Source: Octopus vulgaris (Eukaryota). Taken from it: 64,000 bases of DNA. Both the position numbers and the translations under genes were made by a program. A model generated the notes under the pieces. The model did not search any database, was not told where the DNA came from, and was given only the letters and a program-made list of their open reading frames with translations. Of this stretch, positions 53,377 to 64,000 are shown in pieces. The DNA lies in assembly GCA_951406725.2 (NCBI GenBank), contig OX597832.1, positions 56,792,001-56,856,000 on the forward strand. The letters run 5' to 3'. The first letter of the stretch is position 1; the number at the start of each line of letters is the position of its first letter.

Positions 53377-54744
53377 ATATTTTGGGATTGTAATTTTATT
53401 TTGCCAAATAAACACACACACTATATATTTGTTCTTTACTCATTTTTTGCTGTTCTTATTTTATCTTATGGCTATTGTCTGAAAATCTTTCATCAGACAT
53501 CTGTGACCTCTTCAGCAACTCTTCCATCCATATTTCCTCCATACATTCAAAAGCATTACTGTGTAGTAAAAAGTTTGTTTCTCCATCACATAGTTCCAGG
53601 TTCTAACAAATCTATTCAAGTACTTTCTTTTTTTACTAAGCCTGGCACTGATCCTATCAGTCTCTTTTACTGAACCGTTAAGTTATGGGGTGGGGGTCAT
53701 AAACACACTAACACCAGTTGTGAAGTGGTGGTAGTGGGTTGGTGTTGGTACAAACATAGACAGAAAGACACAAACACACACATACAATGGGTTTCTTTCA
53801 GTTTCCATCTACCAAATCAACTCACAATACTTTAGTCGACCCGAGGCCATAGCAGAAAGCACTTGCCCAGGGACTGAACCTGGAATCATGTGCGAAGGAA
53901 AGCAAACTTCTTACCACATGACCACTCCTGCAAACTATGTTTACATAAATAGATAACAAAGCCAATACTTGTTTTCTCTTTAACTCTGTTGCATAAGCAG
54001 CAGCAGGTCCAGCCCCACCACTAACCAGCCGCACATCAGTTCCATCCCTCCCGTACCCCCCCCCCCCCCGGAACCCATAGCTGCTGACTAATACTGCTCT
54101 AGTTATGCTCATCTGCTGTCTATTGTCTTCTTCACACATTAACCCTCCATTGTTCCAACAGCATGGGGCTTACCACCAATAATGTCTCCTACCCCCACCC
54201 CACCAATTCTGCACTTCCGAAAACTCACTTTTCTAGTTGGCTACCACCATCACACCCCTCCACCCCCATCCTACCCCCACCATAATCTCCAACAGAGAAG
54301 CACACACCCTTCTCTTCCTTCCTTTCTATGTAGATGTCTGTGACCCCTTTTTATATATATTTTTTTTTTGCGTCATCACTTACTCATGCCTGAATCCATA
54401 GCAATAATGACCAATCAATTTGATCCTCCTCCTCCTCTTCCTCCTGCTCCTCCTCCTCCTCCCTACACTGACCCTTTCTTCCCCACTGCCAACCACCACA
54501 CACTGATGTTCATAGTAATTGCTTTACTATCTATCCGCACCTCTACCACCACAACCACCACCATCCTATACCCTGACCTGGTGATTATCCCAAAATATCA
54601 GAGTGGAGTTGGTGGTGGTGGTGGTGGCGGTGGTGGGGTTGCAGGATGGGTAGAGAAAAGTGGGTGAAGTAAGAGTTACAAAAGAGAGGGAGGTGAAAGG
54701 GGAGAGATAGATAGATACAGAGAGAGAGAGAAAGGGACATAGGC

Positions 54745-55252
54745 CTGTGTCTGTATATGTCTGTGTGTGTGTGTGTGTGTGTGTGTATCTGTGTATGCTT
54801 GTCTGTATGTGTGCATGTGTGTGTGTGACTACATGTGTGTGTTTGTGTTTGATTACATGTGTGTGTGTGTGTGGGTGTATGTGTCTCTGCATGTGATGTG
54901 TGTCTGTGTGTGAGTCTGCATATGTGCATGTTTGCATGTGTATGTGTATACATGTGTGTATGTGTGTGTATCTGCATGTGTGTGTCTCTACGTGTGCGTG
55001 TGTCTCTGCATGTATGTTTGTGCGTGCATGTGTGCGTGTGTGTGTAAGTCTGCACGTGTGTGTGTGGGTGTATGTGTCTCTGCATGTGTGTGTGTATATA
55101 TACATGTGTGTGTATGTGTGTGTCTCTGCATGTGCGCATGTCTCTGCCTGTATGTGTATGTGTGTGCATGCGTGTGTGCGTGTGTGTGTATGTGTGTGTG
55201 TGCATGTGTGTGTGTGGGTGCGCGCGTGTGTGTGTGTGTATGTGTGTGTGTG
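54745..55252. repeat. Degenerate (GT)n with recurring gtctctgcat motif
   Basis: Direct inspection. Confidence 0.9.
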
Positions 55253-56004
55253 ATTTCCCCACATGCCAATCACCAATCAATAAGTTATCATATACAAGTA
55301 TGATAAATAGTGCTGATTGCCCGACTTTTTGTTATCGCTGATATCTATCAATGGAAGATTAATACAATTAAGAAGCCAAAGGAAGCAAGAGACAGAGAGA
55401 GAGAGAGAGAGTGCACGAGAGAGAGAGAGGGGTAGAGAGAGAGAGATTGAGCAGAACGGAGACAGAAGGAAATTGAGCTTCTGTGTCGTTTATGGCTTTT
55501 CCAAAAGCTTTCTCTCACAACACCGAGTGAAATGGAATAGCTACAAACAGTGATCAAACGCTCTTCATGAAGCAGCCATAAGCTTAACTTCTAATTCACA
55601 GTATCTATCTCTCTCTCTCTCTTTCTCTCTCCCCACACACACACACACACACACAAGAACTCATACGCACACACACTCGGGAACTCATACACACGCACAT
55701 GAATATATAACATTGATGGCTCTGGGTACTGACAGATATTCACAGATATATAGACACAGCACGGTTCTCAAATTAACAACTTTTGATTCGGGTATTATTC
55801 TTTACACTTCAATGACAAAAAAAAAAAAAACCATATCTTGCATTTCTTTTAAGTAAATTGGAGATGAGAGGGGGAAAAAAAAATTGTTTGGTTTGTCTGA
55901 AATAGCAGACAAGTGTCCCTCAAATCACAACTTACTGACTCGAGGAAATTGACATAGTGGCTAATGTGATCCTAGGTAACCGATGACTGCAAAAAAAAAA
56001 AAAA

Positions 56005-56219
56005 GTTTCACATTTTGGCACAAGGCCAGCAAGTTCAATGGAAGTGGAAATAAGCTGATTACATCGACCCACCAGTGGTCCACGGGTGTTTATTTTAGTG
56101 ACACTGAAGGGAAGAGAAGCAAAGGCGACATCGGCAGAATTTGAACTTGGAAGATAAAAATGGAGGAAATGCCACAAAGAATCTTCCCAGTGTGCTAACA
56201 ATTTTGCCAGCTTGCCACC

Positions 56220-56221
<2 letters not shown>
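56005..56221 (-). mobile_element. SINE family B followed by a long (AAT)n
   Basis: Same motifs as 1930-2322. Confidence 0.8.
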
Positions 56222-56271
<50 letters not shown>

Positions 56272-56278
56272 AAATGAA

Positions 56279-56314
<36 letters not shown>

Positions 56315-56341
56315 TATAATAATAATAATAATAATAATAAC

Positions 56342-56391
<50 letters not shown>

Positions 56392-56591
56392 GGCATAACA
56401 CCAACATGAACGTCCAACTTGTTGTCTCTTGAGGTCTCTGGGTGAGACTTGGAGCAAACTTGTACAAATATAAAGCAAAAGTCAAACATAGAATAATTAT
56501 AATAATGATAATGGTTTCAAATTTTGGCACAAGGCCAAATGTATATAAATGTATATATACATTTATATACATATATATACACACATATATA

Positions 56592-56667
<76 letters not shown>

Positions 56668-56695
56668 TACATATATGTATATATTCATATATATG

Positions 56696-56747
<52 letters not shown>

Positions 56748-56884
56748 CCTGGTCGCTTAGCCAGCAGGGTGGCGTCATTCGAAGGCTAAAACAATGTGAA
56801 CGCATTGTGACCAGCGATGTGTAACAACATCTGATGGTCTGGTCGGTCACGTGATCACGTGATATATATATATATATATATGTA

Positions 56885-57065
56885 CCGGAGTAAACACATA
56901 AATGTGAAACAAGGTGGAAAAAAGAGTACTCAAATACCAGTGGTAGAGTAATATGCTTTATTTAAAGCAGCAGAAAATTCAACAAAACCTGTTACTCTGA
57001 GTTTCACGTTCCCAAAACTCAGAGTAACAGGTTTTGTTGAATTTTCTGCTGCTTTAAATAAAGTA
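56885..57065. mobile_element. Penelope-like inverted pseudo-LTR pair, family P1
   Basis: Perfect 49-bp arms at 56956-57004 and 57015-57063. The hammerhead 3' half gt-GAAA-ctc(a)gag-TA-acag is on the minus strand, and both flanks are (TA)n. Confidence 0.7.
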
Positions 57066-57072
57066 TATATAT

Positions 57073-57104
<32 letters not shown>

Positions 57105-58569
57105 GGATTATTTACTCTTCGTCAAACCCACTTTATGGTGTGATCATCATGAAACTTGGATTTTCTGCACCTGAGGAATCCTGATATTGGCCTGGAACCT
57201 GGAACCCTAACTTACACCATACCAGGACCTTATATATATGTATGCATGTATGTATGTATGTATGTATGTATGTATAGATAGGTCAATAGATAGATAGATA
57301 AATAGATCGATAGATAGATATAGATATATATACATATATACACACACATGAACATGACAGGCTGGCTTCTTTCAGTTTCCATCTACTCAATCCTTGATTG
57401 ACTCAAGGCTATAGTGGAAATCTCTTGCCTGTAATGTGCCACAGTAGGACTGAAATAGAAACTACATGGCCAAGAAGCAAACTTCTTAACCACACATCCA
57501 TGTCTGTGCCTTCATATATTTCTATTTATTTTATTTCATGTTTTTTGATTTAGGTATTTCTTCCCCTTGCCAAACGACATAACTGTTTCCAAGAATCTGA
57601 GTAGTTACGAAGTAATTACTAAATCGCAAAGAAACTGTTGTTAAGGGCAACAAGCGTAAATTCATGTACAATAGCGGAAGTTTATGATGCTAAATAAATA
57701 TCTATAATTTTCTGTGGTACCATTGCTGAAACGATGCAAACTCCATCCATTTTAAAGAAGCAGAATAGGTAAGTGACACTGTACGAAATGACTAGAATGT
57801 ATCGATTGTGAAAACTGCAGGCAAGAAGGAAGCATGAAATTGTATATATTAAAACCGGAATCATAAAATGGTTAAAGATGTCCATGGCAATAAGTTTCGA
57901 AATGCCAAGCACAGCTGTATTTAGGAAACAATACACCACAGCAGGGAATTTACCAATTTATCAATCATATGAGATGTTGATTTATAGTTGGAATATTGTT
58001 ATTTCTTAATATTTCCTAAAGTTCCATTATTTTACCAGGCTGTATGAAATATCTTGGAGTCTTATTTTTATAGCTGGATACTTTCCAAAGTGTCAAATAT
58101 TCTATTATAAAAATGAGACACAAATTTTGTCATATTCATGGAAAGTAAGAAGAACAATAAAAATAATAAAAAATTAATAAATAAATAAAGAAATAAAGAA
58201 ATAAAATTAAAGAAACAAAAACTTCAGCTGCAGAAATGGGAAATTATACCATTTCGTTCGTTCTCAAAAGTATTAGTTGTATTAAAGGAAGAAGTTTCCA
58301 CTGGAAATTGGAATCTAGTTGGAAACCAATATCATATTTAATCACCACCATCATAATCATCATCATCATCATTTTACTGTCCACTTTACTACGCTTGCAC
58401 AGGTCACATGAAATTCATTGAAGCAGACAGATCAGCTATAGTTGGATGCCCTTCTTGTTGCCAGCCCTCACCCCTCACCTGTTTCCAAGCAAATGCATAT
58501 TTCCCCATGGCTTGACATATTTTCATGGAAGAGTGGAAATGAGGGACTCCACTTATATCACAGTGATGG

Positions 58570-58610
<41 letters not shown>

Positions 58611-59377
58611 TGTATATAAACTGAAAGAAGCCTGTTGTACGTATGCGTGTGTGTATTTATCAATGAGTGAAGGGAATGGTGCAGGTAATTACACACTACA
58701 TTTGTTTCAATGCAATCACTAAACAGAAGTTATGTATCTTTAGGGTATTATATAAATATTCAGTGTTCCTTCTCTCTGGATATTTTTCTGCTTGTTTTAG
58801 AATTTCTATCTAACTCAACATACGACATAGTGTATTGCACATGTTGATTAATAAACTTTATCAATTGAATATCATCTACTTTGTATTATCTATACAAGCT
58901 GTGTATATGCTTGAAGCTAACCAACAATCATTATGGTTCTTATTTTATTTACACCCACACACACTAACTTCTTTCAGTTTCTGTCAAATCACTTACAAAG
59001 TGCGACTGAACTAAAACCATGCGGTCAAGAAACAAGCTTCTTAACCTTCAGCCATATCTGCACCTAAATATAATACTCACTAATATTAGCCAATGGGGTG
59101 TGCCACAATGTGGAAGTAAAGTTCTATTGAGGAGAATAAGCAATCTGGTTTTAATTCACAATTGAAACTATTTTGCTTGGTTTCATATAGCATTGGAATT
59201 GGTAGAAGAGATAAGAATAGCATATCACAAAGCTACAGCTCCACAAATTCATGTTCTTGGGTTTGTGTAGCTTAGATTAATCTTTTTCAAACCAAATGGA
59301 ATTAAGACTTATGGTATTTTACTGCAATAAGAAGTTGTTAGTAAAAATGGATTAGTTATAAACTGTAGACAACATAT

Positions 59378-60790
59378 AGGTGCAGGCATGGCTGTGTGAT
59401 AAGAAGTTTATTTTCTAATCGGGTGATATTGGGTTCAGTCCCACAGCATGGCACCTTGTGTAAATATCTTCTCAGTCAGATATTTGGTTCAGTTCCACTG
59501 TGTGGCACCTTAGGCAAATGTCTTCCTAATCAGGTGATATTGGGTTCAGTCAATATCGTGTGGCACTTTGGGCAAGTGTCGTGTCACTTCTGGTAAGTGT
59601 CATGTCACTTTGGGTGAGTGTTGTGACACTTTGGGCAAGTGTCGTGTCACTTTGGGTGAGTGTCGTGTCACTTCTGGTAAGTGTCATGGCACTTTGGCTG
59701 AGTGTTGTGACACTTTGGGCAAGTGTCGTGTCACTATGGGTGAGTGTCGTGTCACTTCTGGTAAGTGTCATGGCACTTTGGCTGAGTGTTGTGACACTTT
59801 GGGCAAGTGTCGTGTCACTTTGGGTGAGTGTCGTGTCACTTCTGGTAAGTGTCATGGCACTTTGGGTGAGTGTTGTGACACTTTGGGCAAGTGTCGTGTC
59901 ACTTTGGGTGAGTGTCGTGTCACTTATGGTAAGTGTCATGGCACTTTGGCTGAGTGTTGTGACACTTTGGGCAAGTGTCGTGTCACTTTGGGTGAGTGTC
60001 GTGTCACTTCTGGTAAGTGTCATGGCACTTTGGGTGAGTGTTGTGACACTTTGGGCAAGTGTCGTGTCACTTTGGGTGAGTGTCATGGCACTTTGGCTGA
60101 GTGTTGTGACACTTTAGGCATGTGCCCATGCACTTTGGGTGAGTGTTGTGACAGTTTAGGTGAGTGCTGTGACACTTTGGGTGAGTGTCATGATACTTTG
60201 GGCAAGTGTCATGAGACTTTAGGTGAATGTTGTGGCACTTTGGGCAAGTGTTGTGGCACTTTGGGTGTCATAGTGCTTTGGGCAAGTGTCATGAGACTTT
60301 GGGTGAGTGTTGTGACACTTTGGGCAAGTGTTGTGGCACTTTGGGTGAGTGTTGTGGCACTTTAGGTGATTGTCTTCTCAATCAGTTGATAGTGGGTTCA
60401 GTTCCACTGCATGACACTTTGGGAAAGTTTTATCTACTTACAATCCAGAACTGATCAAGGCCTTATAAGTTGATTAGGGTTAGGGTTAGTTGATTAGGTA
60501 GATGGGAACTTAGCCCATTGTGTGTGTGTGTGTGTGTGCAAGCATGTCTTTGTTTTGACATTGCATCATCATTGTAAATGAGTGTCACTGTCACACAAGC
60601 AGTGCCATTCATTTCCAATCTTCCATGAAAACATGTCTGGTCAAGAGGAAACATTACCTAGCTTGGAAACAGATAAAGGTTGATGACAGGAAGAGCATCT
60701 GTCTGTAGAAAATCTGCCTCAACGAAATCGGTCTGAACCTTGAAAGCATGGGAAAGCAGACGTAATGATGACGACGATGAGGAAGATGAT
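59378..60790 (+). mobile_element. SINE with a family A-like head, inflated by an internal 21-bp array
   Basis: Head at 59378, body resuming near 60375, (GAT)n tail. Confidence 0.75.
59560..60370. repeat. 21-bp minisatellite with an 84-bp higher-order repeat
   Basis: cactt recurs at 59564, 59585, 59606, 59627 and 59648. The four-monomer cycle shows as a 28-aa repeat in the ORF track. Confidence 0.95.
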
Positions 60791-61177
60791 GACAGAAAAG
60801 GAAATCATTGAAAGAAAAGGAAGGAAATTGAATAAATTCTTAGTAGTAAAATACCGTTTGTTTGGTTAGTAAAATAAATCACAAGTGTAAAAAGAGATAA
60901 ATGAGCGTAAAATTTTTCGGAGGATGCTAGTTTTACTGGAACAATGCGAGACAAAATAGTTTAAATAACAAAAAAAATCAAAAACAAAACACAACTAAAG
61001 AAGAATTATTATAATTTATGCGCAGTGATTAGGACAGATTAAGCCAATAATAAAAAAATAATACAAAAAAAAATACATATTCTCCATAACCTTGAATCCA
61101 CTTCACTGCAGACCATTTTATTTTGGCTTGAAAGCTTTTAAAAAGACAGTAAATAACTTTTGTTTTATTTTTTGTTG

Positions 61178-61227
61178 TGCTGCTGCTGCTACTACTACTA
61201 CTACTACTGCTACTACTACTACTACTG

Positions 61228-61272
<45 letters not shown>

Positions 61273-61310
61273 TCATCATCATCATCATCATCATCATTAT
61301 TATTATATTA

Positions 61311-61362
<52 letters not shown>

Positions 61363-61557
61363 CATCATTATCATTATTATTATTGTTATTACTACTACTA
61401 CTATTATTATTATCATCATTATTATTATTGTCATTATATTATTATTATTATCATCATCATCATTATTATTATTATTACTATTACTATTATTATTATCGTC
61501 GTCGTCGTCGTCGTCATCATCATTATCATCATCATTATCATCATTAATATTACCATT

Positions 61558-61588
<31 letters not shown>

Positions 61589-61589
61589 A

Positions 61590-61625
<36 letters not shown>

Positions 61626-61656
61626 CATTATTATTATTATCATTATCATTATTATT

Positions 61657-61691
<35 letters not shown>

Positions 61692-61735
61692 TAACATTAT
61701 TATTATTAACATTATTATTATTGTTGTTGTTGCTG
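61178..61735. repeat. Compound (CTG)-(CTA)-(ATC)-(ATT)n microsatellite
   Basis: Direct inspection. Confidence 0.95.
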
Positions 61736-62027
61736 TTTTTCACTTTGTCTACCTCAGTAATTTCATTCGAATTGAATGTCACCATCTGCCCTTTACTCTG
61801 CTGGCAATGATTTTAATTTCATGCCCAATTAATTTTGTCTCATTGGCTGCAGCAAGTACAAAATGTGAAAATGTCTGGAGAATTTTTCATTATCGTTTTT
61901 TTTGTAATTTTTAATTTATTTATTTTCTTTCAGACTTAACTCTGATTTTTAGTAAATTAATACAAATAATATGGGGTACTCTGGTACTCTCTAAGCAATT
62001 CTGAGATTAAATATTGCTTCCTGTCGG

Positions 62028-62488
62028 GTATGTGTGTGAGTTGTGTGAGTGTGTGTGAGGTGTGTGAGTGTGTGTGTGTGTGTGTGTATGTGTGTGTGCG
62101 TGTGAGTTGTATGTGTGTGTGAGTTATGTGTGTGTGTGTGAGTTCTATGTGCGTGTGTGAGCATGAGTGTGTGTGAGTTGTGTGTGTGAGCATGCGTGTG
62201 AGTGTATGCGTGTGTGCATGCATGTGTGGATGTGTGCATGCACATGTGCACACACACACACACAACTCACACATGTGTGTGTGCATGTGTATGGTTGTGC
62301 ACATGTATGCATGTATATATACATGTGTGTGTGAACATGCATTCGTGTGCATGTGTGTGCACATGCATGTGAATGCATACATATGTGTGTATGCATGTGT
62401 ATGTGCATATGTGTGTATGCATGTGTGTGAATGTATGTGTGTGCATGTGTGTGTATGCATGTGTGTGTGCATGAGTGCATGAGTGTGT
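62028..62488. repeat. Degenerate (GT/GCAT)n microsatellite
   Basis: Direct inspection. Confidence 0.9.
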
Positions 62489-64000
62489 CAAGATGTGTGG
62501 CCTAGTGGCTAGGGCATTGCGCTTACAGTCATTTAGATTATGGTTTCAAGTCCTGGGCAGGGAGGTGCAGTGTGTTCTTGAGCAAGACACTTCATTTACA
62601 TTCCTACAGATGAGTAATCCTGTGACCGACCAGCATCCAGTTCAAGGGAAATGTTGGGATCTCAGTCACCTACACTCCATGGAGACTGCGTCACCAGCCT
62701 GATGAGTCCTGGGGCTCAATACAGATGCACTACTTCTATCACTATATTCTCTCTCTCGCCCCACCAACTGTATCCTCTCTACAGCAAGTCACCTGTGAGG
62801 AGGCATGTAGCATAGTAGTTAGGGGTGTTGGACTCATGATTGTAAGATTGTGGTTTCAATTCCTGGACTGGGTGGTGTTCTTGAACAAAGTACTTCATTT
62901 CAAGTTGCTCCAGTTCACTCAGCTGGCAAAGATGAGTAATCCTGCGAGGGACTGGTGTCCCATCCAGGTGGATGGGAAATTTATTTGCCATGGAAACCAG
63001 TCCTTATGAGTCGACATGACTTGAGAAAGTAACTTTACCTTTACTTTACCTGTTTCTGTCCCTGTGCCATACCTGAACCTCTCATTACCTGGCACAAACC
63101 TACCTCTGTCACTACTAGCCCCCTTCTCAGTTGAGGGGGCCTTGTTTTACAGGTTACTTGGTAACCTCACAGGTGCTGGTGGAACATAAAAAGCACCCAA
63201 CACACTCTGTAAAGTGGTTGGCATTAGGAAGGGCATCCAACCATTGAAACCATGCCAAAACAGAAATTGGAGGCTTTGGTCATACCAGCATACCATCTCT
63301 TGCCAAACCACCCAACCCATGCCAACATGGAAAAGGGATAAAAAAAAAGGGTGGCTTAGTATCAGGGGTACTAGAGTGCCAGACTAAAACCCTTACAGTA
63401 ATAAGTTTTGCCTGTTCATAGTTCTTGAGTTCAAATCCAACTGTGGGGATAAACATTGTTCTTTATCCCAATGGGGTTAATAAACTAACCATCAGCCATA
63501 TCATCATCATCATCATCATCATCATCGTTGTTTAACGTCCTCCTTCCATGCTGGCATGGGTTGGATGGTATGACTGGAGCTGGCCAGGCAGAAGATTGCA
63601 CTGTACTTCTGTGTCTGTTTTGGTATGGTTTTTATGGCTGGATGCCCTTCCTAATACCAACCACCCTGAAATTCAACTTGCTAGAAATCTGGTGCTTTGT
63701 TCTAGTGGGAGAAACCATTTTATAGTCTTAAAATTACTGTAAGCCATTTTCTTCGTGGTTCCTGGTTCAACCCCACTGCACAGCACCTTGAGCAAATGCC
63801 TTCTTCTATAGCCCTGGGTTGACCAATATCTTGTGAGTGAATCTGGTAGACGGAAACTATGTGGATTCCGTCCGCTCACCATCTTTTAACATAGATACTA
63901 CTAAAGCAATTAATTCTTTCTTACTTTGGAACAATGCCAGCAATATTAGGGGAGTGAGTAAGTGAAGTGCATCAACCTCAGTACGTAACTGGTATTTATT

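Noticed and set aside
53990-54300. C-rich tract with G-quadruplex potential on the minus strand
   Set aside because: Low-complexity sequence with no independent support for function.
59550-60365. Cys-rich 265-aa ORF (metallothionein-like look) and overlapping ORFs
   Set aside because: Translation of a 21-bp SINE-derived array that is open in several frames on both strands.

Overview
AT-rich eukaryotic non-coding DNA, probably an intron or intergenic region. The mix of repeat families and microsatellites suggests an octopus-type cephalopod genome, which is an inference from pattern recognition. I find no intact protein-coding gene, rRNA, tRNA or CRISPR array, and almost all listed ORFs are microsatellite read-through. 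The window is a mosaic of several tRNA-derived SINE families, LINE remnants (RTE and R4/Dong-like), decayed Tc1/mariner elements (mariner, two maT-type, Tc1), MITEs, a probable non-autonomous Helitron, and minisatellites seeded from SINE segments. Two things stand out. First, several short elements embedded in (TA)n carry minimal hammerhead-ribozyme motifs and copy-specific fold-back arms, typical of Penelope-like pseudo-LTRs. Second, an RTE LINE shows the geometry of a twin-priming 5' inversion and is nested in three layers (hAT MITE > LINE > SINE). Coordinates were counted by eye, so the ends of degenerate repeats are approximate.
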